From Octopus bimaculoides (Eukaryota), in contig NC_068981.1 in assembly GCF_001194135.2 (NCBI RefSeq), forward strand, positions 135,002,413-135,052,794: 50,382 nt of DNA. Reading direction: 5' to 3'. Below the pieces are notes generated by a model. The model did not search any database. It was not told the DNA's origin and was given only the letters and a program-made list of their open reading frames with translations. Positions 36,541 to 49,261 of the stretch are shown piece after piece; the stretch's first letter is position 1, and every line of letters begins with the position of its first letter. The position numbers and the translations under genes were made by a program.

Positions 36541-36893
36541 ATAGCTAAAGGAGATGCTTATACATCACTCATATCCCCAGTGGGAACTTGGAAAAATCAA
36601 TGAAGCAGTATATATATAATAATATTTGCTGATAACCCAAATCAATAAGGCCAGAACTGTTATCAGTTCAATATTGTTATCACTGGAAAGTAAATTTTAT
36701 GTAGCCTACAGTTGGTAAGAATATTAGTACATTTGGTTTTAGAAATAATGGGTCTTTGTTCAAATCCAGTTTGGGACCTTGTGCATATCCAGGAATAAGA
36801 CTCTCTTTGATGATGATCAGAAATTGAACCATTCAAAACAAAGTGTGTGTATGTGATATGCATATGTTTATAGATGCGATATGTATATATTTA

Positions 36894-36928
<35 letters not shown>

Positions 36929-37315
36929 TACACAGTAGAATCTTGCAGTACAAGTGCACTAATGTAACAGTAATTTGCTGTACCGGCCGCAACTCATGCA
37001 AATTTTTGTTTTGAAGTATGAGCTGAAATCTACAGTATGAGCACACAAATTGTCCCATCTTTAAGGTAATTCAGTTAATAAAACCAGTTTACATATTTCT
37101 TTTGCATTCCCCTTTTTATAATTGTCATTTTACTTGTAACTACACCTTTTCTGTTTTAAAACCCATCAAACATTATTTTTGAGTGGTTTTTGGAGACTGG
37201 AACAGACTAATATGTTTTGGTTAATTTCAGTTGGGAAAATTGATTTGTAAAATGAGTTAATTGTAAGATGAGCTCAACATGGAACGAATTAAACACGTAC
37301 TGCAAGGTATCACTG

Positions 37316-37350
<35 letters not shown>

Positions 37351-37352
<2 letters not shown>

Positions 37353-39001
37353 TAGGACTTTGTTTTTAGCTAGGTTGACTCTAAGGCCGTTTGATTCTAA
37401 TCCTTGTTTCCACACCTGAAACTTCTGCTCTAGTTCTGATAGTGACTCAGCAATTTGAGCAGTCGTCAACATAGAGGAGCTCCCAGGGGCATCCTGTCTT
37501 GAATTCCTCTGTTATTGCCTGGAGGACTATGATAAATAGGAGGGGGCTGAGGACTGAACCTTGGTGGACCCCTACCTCTACCCAGAATTCTTCACTGTAC
37601 TCGTTGCCAACCCTCACCTTACTGACAGCGTCCCTGTACATGGCATGCACAGCTCTCACTAACCATTCATCTATCCCTAGTTTCCTCATTGACCAACAGA
37701 TAAGGGATCGGGGGACCCTGTCAAAGGCTTTCTCCATGTCAATGAAAGCCAGGTACAGAGGTTTATCTTTGGCTAGGTATTTCTCCTGCAGCTGTCTTAC
37801 CAGAAATATAGCATCAGTGGTGCTTTTCCCTGGCATGAACCCAAACTGCATCTCATCTAAACTGACTCTCTCTCTAATTAGTTGGGCTATGACCCTCTCC
37901 GTGACCTTAATTTACCTGATCCAACAACTTGATGCCTCTGTAATTATTTGTATCTAAAGCGTCACTTTTACCTGTGTAGCAGTTGACTTTGGTGCTGCTA
38001 CACCAGTCATTGAGTATGACTCCTTCATGTATCACCTGGTTAACTATACAGGTGACTAGGCTATAGCCGACACCGCCAGATATTTTGAGCATCTTTGCGG
38101 TGATTCCTGATGGGCCGGGGCTTTCTCTGTCTTCATACTCTTAATTGCTTTATCTGCCAAGGTACTGTCAATTCAGATAGCTGGTCCCTCTGTTGGGTCG
38201 ACATTCGGCAGACTCTCTTTCTCCCATTCTTTCTCTTTATTGAGCAACCTTTCATAGTGGTGTCTCCAAACCTCTCTCTTTGCAGCCTCGTTTAATGCCA
38301 ATGAACCATCATCCATGCGGACACATTTTTCTCCTATGACATCACGATTCTTTCTCACACACTGACTTGCAACACGAAATACTTCGTCTTTGGTCCTCAC
38401 GGCACAGAACATTGGCAAATTTTTTCTTATCTACTTCCCCTCTAGCTAAATAAACCTGTCTCCTAGCTTCCCTTCTGGCAGTCTAATACAATTCCCTGCT
38501 ACCACCATTCTTCTAATCCTTCCAAGCCTGTTTCTTTTGTCTAATAGCCCTGTCAACCACATTGTTCCACCATCACGTTACCTTGGGTCGAGAGGGGACT
38601 TTGCACCATCCACAGATCTGGTCAGTGGCTCTCGGCAGGTTGTCCCGTAGAAACCTCCAGTTGTCTTTCACATCATGTGATGCTATATCCCCTTCTATTT
38701 TGTCAAAGGCTTCGAGTAATATGTCTCTAAATCTCTGTCCATTTGCAGGATCTTTAAGCTTCCAGACCCTTCTCCTCCATGCTGGTCGTCTTCTGGGCAT
38801 CAATTTAGCTCTGATCCTGAAGTCGCTAACTACTAGTCTATGTTGAGGGGTACATTCTTCGCCTGAGAAGGTTTTGGCATTTATAAGCAGCCCTCTTTCC
38901 CTTTTTCTGGTGAGGATGTAGTCAATTTGGCTACTGTGTCTGCCGAAATGGTAGGTGACTTAGTGACTGAGAGGTTTCCTGAAGTTGGTATTGCAAACCA
39001 T
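37351..39001 (-). pseudogene. RTE-clade LINE ORF2 fragment (end of APE endonuclease through RT), disrupted and truncated at both ends
   Basis: Minus-strand translation gives TNFRK..QIDYIL..QHRLVVSDF (endonuclease C-terminus), NYRGIKLL, QFGFMPGKSTTDAIF, HQGSVLSPLLF and ELLYVDD (RT); stops and frameshifts present; 3' side ends at a (TA)n tract. Confidence 0.93.
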
Positions 39002-39734
39002 AATAACACCCCTTCACCACCATCACTGTCTGCTTTCCAGCTACCCTCACCCACCCTTATATAATGCAGAGTAGCCACGTGTCTCTTCTAAAGCAATACA
39101 CCTGTTCCTGTCCCTCCATCATACTTTAGCCTTTCAACACCTGCCATAAAACCTCTGCCCCACTCAGTCAAGCAATCTTTTTCTTTGTTATGTGAGTTAC
39201 TTGGTGACACTAAAAGCATGCAGTACACTCTGTAAAGCAGTTATCATTAGGAAGAGAGCCCAGCCAGGGAAACCATAGCTCAGGATCATCGACACCATTC
39301 AGATTGGTCCTGAGTTGAAAGAATTAAGGTCAAATACTAATGAATTGATCCAGTTAGTGGGGTCTCACATCAGCAAGAGGTGCTGGTGTGCTTAAACAGT
39401 ATGCATTCTCTCTCAATGACCCCTGAAACCTACTGGTATCTGGTATGAGAAGCTTTCCATTTACAGCACTTACACAGGTAAATTTGCAAGTCTCCCAAAA
39501 CAATACAATCCTCTTGTATGTTGGGTTCTGCCTAATACTGCAATCCATGGAAGATGGATGTTAAATAATGATGATGATGATTATAGTAAATTTACACTCT
39601 AAAGACAAGGTTAATTGTTTGAAAAGATTATAATAATCTTAATAAACAGCCGTCTTGTCCATTTTTGACTTTTACCATTAATGTTCCATTATCATTCAAG
39701 GGACAAATGTAGATTACTGAAGAATAAATATTGG

Positions 39735-40115
39735 TTTCAAATTTTAACAGAAGGCCAGTGTTCAATTGGTACATATTCTATCGACCCCAAAAGGATGACA
39801 GGCAAATTGAACTCAGAATGTAAAAATAGATGAAATGCTGCTAAGCATTTTGTCTGGTGTGCTAGCAATTCTGCCAAGCTCACCACCTTAGATTGAAGAA
39901 TAAATGTTTTTTTCTACTCTAGGCAAAAGGCCTGAAAATTTTGGGGAGGGAGCCGTTGATTAGGGAGCCGTTGATGCAACTGTTACTTAAATTATCAACC
40001 CCAAAAGGATGAAAGGCAAAGTCAACCTCGGCAGAATTTGAAATCAAAACGTAAAGACAGACGAAATACCACTAATCACTTCACCCAGCTTGTTAACGTT
40101 TCTGCTGCCTTACTG
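39735..40115 (-). mobile_element. Two tandem family C SINEs; further minus copies at about 6600-6830, 8830-9012, 9320-9468, 41652-41865, 44965-45170
   Basis: Same family C signature sequences. Confidence 0.8.
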
Positions 40116-40648
40116 AAGAATTAATATTAATTTTATTCGTGTCTTTTTTTATTTTTATTCCTAATAAGTGAAAATCACTCTCAAAACTATTCATTTAGTT
40201 CAATTATGATGATCAGATTACATTACATTTATAAATTTTCCACCTACAAGTAGATATCTATGAGTGAAACAAATTTATTCTGTAACAGTGTCAGTAATAA
40301 TATATTTCTAAACAAAAAAATCACTTGCTGTGCAATATGATTTATTAAAATATTTCATAGTTGATTATACGGTATTTTGTTAAATAATACTGTCTTACAG
40401 TTAGAATATATTTTAATAATTACCAACATACCACATTGCAGTGTCATTATGAGGGATGGGGTGGTGAGATAATATTAGCAATAATACTTGTCTTTTTATG
40501 TGTTTCAATCATTGGACTATGGCCATGCTAGGGCATTGCCTTGAAGGATCTAGTTGAACAAGTCAACTCCAGTATTTTTTTTTTTTTTAAGTATTCTGTA
40601 AGTCTCTCTTTTTTTCATACTGCTAAGTTATGTGGACATCAACAAACC

Positions 40649-41075
40649 ATTATTTACATTGGATGGATTTGTGTCCTCATCTTGTTTGTTGTTACCACAA
40701 TGTTTTGGCTGAGTTACGCTCCAGCTTTCATCAGGTGCCCTGGTAGAATTTTGAACCCAACCCTGGGTTTTCATTCCTAAGGTTTTCTTGTTTTTTTTTT
40801 TTTGCCTAGAATTGAACTCGCAATCTTGGAGTTAATAGCCTGTGCTCTTAACCATTATGCTTAAACCTAATATTTTTGTATCCTTCCTTAATACCGGTTC
40901 CCATATTCTTCTCATATCTGCACTAGGTCTGCTTAGGAGATTATTGTGTCCTAGCACATGTGCTGCTTCTTTTAATTTTCGTATTTTCCAGTGGTGTTCT
41001 CTGTCTACTATTTTAACTTCATCCCCCATTTACCAGTGGTGTTCTCTGTCTATTATTTTAACTTGTCCCCCATAC
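40649..41075 (-). mobile_element. Penelope-like element 3' fragment (GIY-YIG C-terminus, 3'UTR, decayed hammerhead), inserted inside a SINE tail
   Basis: Minus ORF DEVKIVDREHHWKIRKLKEAAH..RIWEPVL resembles the C-terminal segment of PLE GIY-YIG domains; CTGATGA core downstream; SINE sequence resumes on both sides (aaacc | tggttgtcaa). Confidence 0.68.
40696..40737 (-). ncRNA. Degenerate minimal type I hammerhead-ribozyme-like motif
   Basis: Minus strand reads CAC CTGATGA A AGCTGGAG cgtaa CTCAGCC AAAA C AT T GTG; G12 and G16.2 appear mutated at former CpGs; probably inactive. Confidence 0.5.
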
Positions 41076-41124
41076 TGGTTGTCAAAGAGTGTGGTGGGGC
41101 AAACACAAAAACATACATTATCAT

Positions 41125-41262
41125 CATCATCCTCATTTAATGTTCCTTTTCTATGTAACATAGCATGGGTTGGACAGTTTGACGGGAGCTTGTAAGGCCA
41201 GCAAACTGCACCAGGCTCCAATGTCTGTTTTGGCATGGTTTCTACAGCCCTTCCTTATGCCT
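41125..41262 (-). mobile_element. RTE 3'UTR fragment
   Basis: tcatcatcatcctcatttaatgttcc..gcatgggttggacagtttgac..ggtttctacag. Confidence 0.75.
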
Positions 41263-41280
41263 CTGTGTGTGTGTGTGTGT

Positions 41281-41590
41281 AGGTATATGGCTTAGTGGTT
41301 AGGGTAATCAGCTCATGATCGTAAGGTTGTGAGTTCAATTCCCAGCAGTGCATTGTGTCCTTGAGCAAGACACTTTACTTCAGTCCACTTGGCTGGCAAA
41401 AATGAATTGGGCCTGTAATTCAAAGGACCAGCCTTTCACATTCTGTCATGCTGAATCTCCCTGAGAATGACATTACGAGTATGTGTGTCTGTGGAATGCT
41501 CAACCACTTGCATGTTAATTTCACAAGCAGACCATTCCATTGATTGGATCAACTGGAACCCTCATCATCATAACTGACAGAGTGCCAGTA
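41281..41590 (+). mobile_element. tRNA-derived SINE with a Meta-domain-like core
   Basis: tRNA-like head ggcttagtggttaggg..gtgagttcaattccc, then ttgtgtccttgagcaagacacttta; 3' part matches 2379-2641 in reverse; other copies at about 1156-1310 (+), 10010-10195 (-), 23160-23432 (-). Confidence 0.75.
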
Positions 41591-41869
41591 TATATACATA
41601 TAAAGTCCAGTCTATGCCATCCTGGAAGATGGAAGTTAAATAATGATGATATATCCTTTTCTACTCTAGGCACAAGGCCCGAAATTTTCGGGGAGGAGGC
41701 TAGGCAATTAGATTGACTCCAGTATGCAACTGGTATTTAATTTATAGACCCCAAAAGAATAAAAGGCAAAGTCGACCTCAGCGGAATTTGAACTCGGAAT
41801 GTAAAAACAGACGAAATACCACTAAGCATTTCGCCTGGCATGCTAACATTTCTGCCAGCTCGCTGCTTT

Positions 41870-42040
41870 GTCACTCACAATGGGTTTTTGCACAGTTTCT
41901 GTCTGCCAAATTCTCTTGCAAATCATTGGTTGGCCTGGGGCTATAGCAGAAGATACTTGGCCAAGGTGAAGTACAGTGGGATTAATCCTGAAACCACATG
42001 GTTGCAAAGCAAGCTTGTTAACCACACAGCTATGCCTGTG
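41870..42040 (-). mobile_element. SINE family A head; a degenerate plus copy lies at about 42420-42565
   Basis: cagtttctgtctgccaaattc..ctatagcagaagatacttggccaagg..aaaccacatggttgcaaagcaagc. Confidence 0.75.
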
Positions 42041-42294
42041 CCTATGTTAATGATTACCAACATGCCATATTGCTGTATCAGTTCAGGGGGCGGGAAAGAT
42101 AATATTAGTAACAATGTTTGTTAAAATAAAAAATTTAAAAGTAATAATAATAATAATAGTTTATCAATGCTTTGTCATTTATTTTCCGTTTTTGTGTTAA
42201 GATAGCATTATATCTCTAAGTATATCTTTGCTCATTTCTTTTGTGGCGGGGGTTGATTTTTTTTTCATCTACATTACAAGTCTTCCTGTTCCAG

Positions 42295-42401
42295 TTAGGT
42301 GTTGGACATGTGGCACCTTCTCTCATGCTACAAGCATTTAATTTGATTTGTACCAATGTATATTTAGTTGGATGTACCTCAGCTGGTTCTGTCCACTGTT
42401 G
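42295..42401 (+). CDS. Candidate internal exon (phase 0 to 2), weakly WD40-strand-like end
   Basis: gtcttcctgttccag|TTA..TG|gtacgc; LGVGHVAPSLMLQAFNLICTNVYLVGCTSAGSVHC(W); the antisense frame is also open. Confidence 0.25.
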
Positions 42402-42730
42402 GTACGCATATGTTGTGGGTGCAGGCTTTGTTGTTTGGTTAAGTTTGCCTCACTTCCCAATTCCACTTGGATCCTTGTTCATACCACAGCATGCTGTCTT
42501 AGCATCTTCTAGTAGAACTTCATGTGGTTAAAACTGGATAGATGGAAACTACAAGAAATCTATTCTTAAATGTAGGCTTAATCTGTATCCAGGTTCAGCA
42601 CTATCATTTGATCTTTAGGTGCCTTTTAGTGGATTACACTGTTAGAAGCATTCAGACTGGGTCTCCAGCCTGAGAGATAATTTGTTATCATGATGCTGCC
42701 ACTGATACTATGATAATCCATTAATGAAAG

Positions 42731-42762
<32 letters not shown>

Positions 42763-42814
42763 AGGCCTTCCAAGAGGTTGTAGGCTTTGCCCTTCCTACT
42801 TTGAGCAAGCTATA

Positions 42815-43030
42815 TCATCATCATTATCATCATCCATGTTCCATAAAGGCATGGGCTGAACAGTTTAACAGGATCCAATGGGTTCAAGGACTGCATCATG
42901 CTCCAGAGTCTGCTTTGACTTAGTTTCTACAGCCGAATGCCCTTCCTCATGCCAACCACTTCACAGTAGTACTGGGTGCTTTTTTTTTTTTTCATGCCAC
43001 CAGCACTAGTGAAGGCATCTGCAGTTTGCA
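42815..43030 (-). mobile_element. RTE 3'UTR fragment
   Basis: (atc)n then gtttctacagccgaatgcccttcctcatgccaaccact. Confidence 0.75.
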
Positions 43031-45693
43031 AGACTACGGACCCTGGGGCAGGCAACTTTATGCTTGGCAATGAGGGGCTAAAAGATGGGTAATAGTGTAA
43101 GAGAAGGAACCAGAGCAGATTGCTTGCTATAGTGAAGTTTACTCACAAGTGAGAATGATCAGGTGGAGCTGCAAAGAGATAAATAATATGTCCCTCCCAC
43201 CCACCAAAAAGAAAAAAAGAATTGTTATCAACTGACTTCTTTTCAATGATGTAACAGATATCTCATTTTGGTCTTAACTGAATGTATGGTTTCATTTATC
43301 TTGCAGTTTTGCCATTCTTGATTATCAAATATAGTTTACCTGGCACTTTGTATTCACTAAGTGAAAGAGAAAACCAATTAAAGTCTGAGAACAAGTCTTC
43401 ATAGCTGTCCATAGTGTGTTCCTATATTTCTACAGTTTTCCCCTTTTCACTCACAACCAAAATTACATCTTAATCCATTACCTACCAGTGATCTCATATG
43501 AGATCACTTCAAAATTACAAATTTCGTAATTATCTGTCAATATTTACACATATCTAACCTTTTTGCTCTATCTTACTAAGTATATTTCTCTGATATTTAA
43601 ATGAGGTTTGCTAATTTTTCACCCAATATCTCTCTTATTTCTTTAAAGTGTTATTTTGAAATTTTATTTTGATCATTCCAGCATGTTTCTAAGGCTGTTT
43701 TATGCTAGAAATTAAAATTTCATAAAACAATTTCAGTTAATAGAATTATGGGAGGTAATGGGTTAATACAAAGTCAATTTACTTCAGTTTTTTATCATCG
43801 ATATTGTTCTGTCAACAAATGTTTTCTGTTTGTTCTCCAGTTGTTGCAAGAGTACTGGCTTTCCTGTCAGGAATTATTGAGACAATAACAAATATACAAT
43901 ATTTTCCTTATAAAGTCAACATCACCGAGGAAGATTATATACATTTCTGTGTAACACCTTGTTAATTGCAATTTTTTTTTTTAGTCATTTGAATGCATTT
44001 TTTTGTTTTGTTTTTTAAATGATTGCAGCTGTTTGAGTGATTCTAACAAATTCAGATATGCATAAATTGTTGAAGGATTTTATTGGCTCTGTTAGGAATG
44101 TGAAGTTGGAATATCAATTTTTTAAAGCTAGGTGATTAGGGAATAATGTAATTCCAACAGTAGAATTTTATCCATTGATCTATGTATAAGTATCCATTGC
44201 TCCACTTCATATGAAGTAATAATTGCTTTCAAATAAGCTTCCTGCTACCTTAGCCATTGAGTGGTAAAGAAATATGTACACTATTACTAGTTTGTATTAA
44301 ATTAAAGATCCTTCTAATCAGCTGAACAGAACTGTAAAATAGATATGCTTGGAAACCTGATGCTAAGAAAATTATCTTTGTACATTGAACACAAAGTTGG
44401 TATGCTCTTGCACTCCAAAAAAAATCAATGAAGGCCATTAATATTTACTATACAAACAGTAATAGCATGTACATGCAATTCTATTTGAATTATCTGTCAA
44501 ATTAATTTGACTAATATGATCATAACATCCATTTTGCCATGAGCTGAGCCATTATTGTTGTTCATCTACCAGTCAACTCATCCACCAGTCCTGTGGCCTA
44601 AGATATTCTAGCTGTATCTATCCTGTTTTTTTTTTTTAAGTTCAAACATAATGTACCTAGGACCACATTGTTTGATGTAGCCTTCTTTTAGTGTGATTTG
44701 AGGATAATTTGTTTTCTACTTTTAGCAGTTTAAGCAACCGTGTAGAGGGATTTCTGTGGCTTGAGTTTCAACAATTATTGTATGTGGTAGATTGCTGTTC
44801 TTTTCAATCCTGTGCTTTCTCATCTGCAGTTTAATGTTCTCTGATCAACTCTCACTTCTTCCTCTATCAAAGATAACCTCTATATATCAGTAGATATCTT
44901 CCAGAAGCTTCTTGCTTCACTTACATTCTGCCTTTCATGCATGGTGTAAATCCAGTATAGTATTGGTTTCAAATTTTGGCACAAGGCCAGCAATTTTGAG
45001 TGAGTGGGCATGTCAATTACATCAACCCTAGTGTTCAGCTGGTACTTATTTTAGCAATCATGAAAAGATGAAAGACAAAGTTGATTTCAGCAGAATTTGA
45101 ACTCAGAACATAAAGATGGACAAAATTCTGCTGCTATGCCAACAATTCTGTCAATTTTTGGCCCTTAAATCCATTATAATATTAACAGAAGGAAAACAAA
45201 CCCCAAAATACTCACCTTTCAATACTATAAATCACATTTGTAGCAATTGCTCTTTTTGGTCTGCAGTTCGCGTAAGCCTTTTGTTTCCAAAAATGATATC
45301 AACTCTATAAATTTCTCCCACTTATCTCTTATACTATCTGCTATATTCCCACAAAAACCACTTTCGTATCTGTTTTCTAGGTTGCCATCATTTACTACTT
45401 CTAGGGGTATGCATCTGAGCAAGCCATGGACTTTGTTTCATAGCACCACTACTACTGCATTCTTCCCTACATCTTGCACTTGAAAATATTTGGCTCTCTG
45501 TCAGTCTGCTGATATCTAATACCACTATTTTGTTTTTATAACCATTGCTTGTAATGAATATACACTGTGGAATTCCTACTAAATCCCTTTCTATGAAAAA
45601 AATCCATTTCCCTAATGGTCTTTTGCCATGTTAATCTTGATCTCTATAGATCACTGTTATAGGTTTGGAACTTTTTCTCCAACAAATATATGC

Positions 45694-46104
45694 TTAACCC
45701 TTTAGCATTCAGATTACTCTGTCAAAAGTAATACTTATTTATTCACACTTGTTTTAAATTAACCATTCATTGTCTTGATGCTTTTGAGATTTCTGTGTTG
45801 CGATTGTTTATTTCTAGAATGGCATTGTAGGGTAAGTTGTGAGAGGTTAGATCTAGCTGGTTTGAACATAAAACAATATTTTTGACCAGTTATGGCTGGT
45901 TTAACCCTTTAGCATTTAAACCGGCCATATCCTGTTTTATATTCAAACCAGCCAGATCCAGCCTCTCACATCTACCCAACAATGTCAATCTAAAAATAAC
46001 AATCACACAATCAAAGTTTTGAAGCTATGAGATAATCCATGATTAATTCAAAACAATGTGAATAAATAAACACAACAAAAATAATCTGAATGCCAAAGGG
46101 TCAA
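45694..46104. mobile_element. Two family-F piggyBac-like MITEs in inverted arrangement, joined at TTAA (45901)
   Basis: 45694-45900 is the reverse complement of 45901-46104 and of 10232-10449. Confidence 0.8.
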
Positions 46105-46754
46105 TATTCTCTGCTGGCATTTGTTAGAACATCCAGTTAGAGAATCTCAGTGAAATATGTGGAATGCTAAGAACAGTTTAGTAGTTTTTATCATACAGAT
46201 TAATATTTCATATCCAATAGCTTATCATCTTTGTAGTCTGGGGGTGGGGACACAAACGATCTTTAATTGTCTTGTTTTTCTGAGTTCTTGATACTCTGCA
46301 CTTTTTGATTCTCTGGTGATAGCTACTTTTATGATGATTGAATTTACTTTTTTTTTTTCCTTAGAGACAATTGAGTGTGATTTGAGAGAAATTTAGCTGT
46401 TATATCTAGTTGCACGAGTGGCTGTTGTTTGTTTCCAGTCTTCCATGAAAAATATACCAAGCCATAGGCAATATTAACTAGCTTGGAAACAAGTGGGGGT
46501 TGGTGACAGGAATGGCATCTGGCTGTAGAAATTCTACTTCAACAAATTCTTTCTCACCCGTGCAAGCATAGAAAAGTGGATGTTAAATGATGATGACAAT
46601 GAGATATCTATCAGATCGAGTAACTGCATAAAAGCTCCTTCATTGAGTGCTAAGGCATAAAACACTGGACTGATTACAACAACTGTTTAATCGGAGCTGA
46701 CTTGATACTAAACAACTGAATTTATTAGCCCCCCCCCCTCTTTCATCTTACTAT

Positions 46755-47205
46755 CTTATCTTTTGTTTGTTTCATCTGCTGAATTGCAATTATGCTGGGG
46801 TATTGCCTTGAAAGGTTTAGCTCACTGGTTCCCAAACTTTTTGGGGCTGCTGTGGCCTTGATAGCCAGGCCACATTCCTAGCGCCCCCAACTCCAACTAA
46901 CCATCACAAACATAGACCTCTTTCTGAGGCAAATCCAAAGCAACTGTATTTCACAAATAAAAGTTAACCTAATGAACCCATTATTTTGTTGTTTTTACAT
47001 GAATCACTACCTCATTATTGCCCCACTTTTCTTCAATGTCCCCTTGGATCTTTCCACTGCCCCCAGGGGTGCAGCACTTTGGGAATCACTGGTTTAGTTG
47101 AACAAATCGACTCCAGTACTTTTAAGTCTGGTACTTATGCTGTTGGTTTCTTTTGCTGAACTGCTAAGTTACAGGGACATAAACCCACACTAGTTGTCAA
47201 TACTA
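46755..47205 (-). mobile_element. SINE tail B interrupted by the hAT MITE; other tail-B remnants at about 6861-7010 and 40495-40648
   Basis: ttgtttcatc..tgctggggtattgccttgaaaggtttag | MITE | gtttagttgaacaaatcgactccag..ctgctaagttacaggg. Confidence 0.78.
46823..47091. mobile_element. hAT (Charlie-like) MITE nested in a SINE tail
   Basis: Termini cactggttcccaaa / tttgggaatcactg; 8-bp TSD gtttagct / gtttagtt. Confidence 0.85.
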
Positions 47206-48139
47206 TAAGAATTGTTTTTTTTTTTATCCTTTCAAACTTTTTTGTTCGTTTACTGGTTGGTTGTCTTTTCATACTATTGTTGTATACCTTCTTTTGGTGT
47301 TTCATAACAAACATTATACACAGTTCTTTTTCTTCAAGCCCTTCCTCTCTTATGGCCTTGTCACTTTCTCGTGAGTTTTAATAATGTAAACATTAACCCA
47401 CATTTCAAGTAACTGTCCTATCTTTTCAACTCAAAAAGCACTCTAATGTTTAGGACATGATATTTAAACTTTGATTAATGTAACATTTTGAAAATGGTGT
47501 TCATTGTTATTGTTCTTTAAAAATTCTTCTTTGTTTCAATGTGTGTTAATTTGTAAAAGATATTTGAATGTCACTGTTTATCAATTTACCTAACGATATG
47601 AATTAGGACATAAATTGTGAAAACATGTTGATCTGAGTTTTTGATTCCACCTAAATATATTGTATGTAACCAACAACAAGAATTGTTGAAACTAATGTTA
47701 ATTTCAAAACATTCAAAATTATCATTTGCATAATAATAATAATTATGATGATGATAATAATAAAAATAATAATTATGATGATGATGATGATAATAATAAT
47801 AATGAATACTAAAACAAAGAAAGAAGAGATTTTTCTCTTTTCAATGTAAATTTGAAAGCTGGGTAAAAGTACAATGGAGTTTGTGCTTTCAACAGCTGCA
47901 ACTTTGATAATGCCTATATTGGACTCCGACAGTTGCATTGTTAATTAATCAAAATATGAAATCTGCATAATAATCTTGTAGTGTTTAACATTCTACTTTT
48001 GTGGAAACTTAAATTCATTTTGTATTATTTTTGTCTATGACAAACAGATACAAATTAGTTTCACCAAAGAATGCCAAGTGTAATTATTCTTGTTTATGTT
48101 AATGATTGCAGAATTATTTGGTTTTTAATTCACTAGATA

Positions 48140-48360
48140 TTGTCATTGTCATTTAACGTCCATCTTCCATGCTGGCATGGGTTGAACACAGTTTGACAAG
48201 AGCTAGCAAGCCAGAGAGCTGCACCATGTCCCGTTGTCTGGTTTGGCATGGTTTCTATGGCTGCTATAGCAGAAGACAACTCTTACTCAAGGTGCCACTT
48301 GGCAGGACTGAACTTAAATCCTTATAGTTACAAAGTGAGCTTTTTAACCTCAGTCATACC
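48140..48360 (-). mobile_element. RTE 3'UTR fragment joined to a SINE head remnant
   Basis: tttaacgtccatcttccatgctggcatgggttg..ggtttctatggctg, then ctatagcagaagaca..caaggtgcca (SINE head, minus). Confidence 0.65.
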
Positions 48361-49261
48361 TGAACCTCTATATGCAATCTATAGTTGTTTCAGCCCAGTG
48401 ATGGGGCCTGTATGCTTTCACTTGACCTGTTAGAAATAGCAGTCAAATACCTCAAATTAAACCCTGCTGTCCTAAAAAAGAAGGAAATACACTCTTTATA
48501 GTCTTAGATAAAAAAAAAATACCAAAAAAATAGTTTTAGTTGAAGTCCATTTGATGAGAGGTTTTCTCAGCTAGTGTTAACCTGGACTAAAGTCCAACAA
48601 TCTGTACTTGTCTATGAATAAGAGTTACACTTCTCAGCATTAAAAGTGTCAAGAGAAGTTCTGGTCCTATTATTAATTGCATATGTTAATTAGTAATGTG
48701 AACATCAACAAAAAACATACATTATAGATCTTTTTTTTTTTGAAGTTACTCATACATAGACAGTGACACACTTAAAGTTTAAAAACCATCTGAGATATCA
48801 CTGAAATGAGGCAGCAAGTTGATTTTTTAGATAAGAGCAAGTAATGGGAAGGTAAGAAGTTTTAGTCTGTATGGGTGGTGTAGATGAAGAAGACCTGAAG
48901 TGACAATACGTTTAATCTCTACTGTCCTCTACATACACACTGATACATGCGAGTGTGTGTGATGGTTGCGAGCTAGTTTAGAAATTTGCTCTACAACTAG
49001 GAAATCCAGCTTTTGATTCCACTGTATGGCATTGGCAAGTGTCATCTTCTTTAGCCTCAAGTCAACCCCATAGTTTGAGTGAACTTGAATAGACACACAA
49101 TGTACAAGCCTGTTGACTAGATTGTACCTGTTGTTGTTTAGTTCCAAGAAGACCAACAATCCCAATAATCAGATGTTCCATTCCTCACTATCTTTATTTT
49201 TCCCTTTTTGTTTTGCTGTGATAATAATATCCAGAACTACATTATGTTTTTTTGTCGTTTT

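Noticed and set aside
37499-37957. 152-aa plus-strand ORF, also 38562-38846
   Set aside because: Antisense shadow of the RTE ORF2.
41281-41350. tRNA-like sequences (also 25764, 24765)
   Set aside because: SINE heads: A/B-box-like motifs run directly into SINE cores with no intact cloverleaf.
43842-43965. Plus-strand exon-like stretch VARVLAFLSGIIETITNIQYF.. after a strong acceptor; similar cases at 43307 and 47898
   Set aside because: Short, ends in a stop, no phase-compatible chain or homolog; expected by chance in AT-rich introns.
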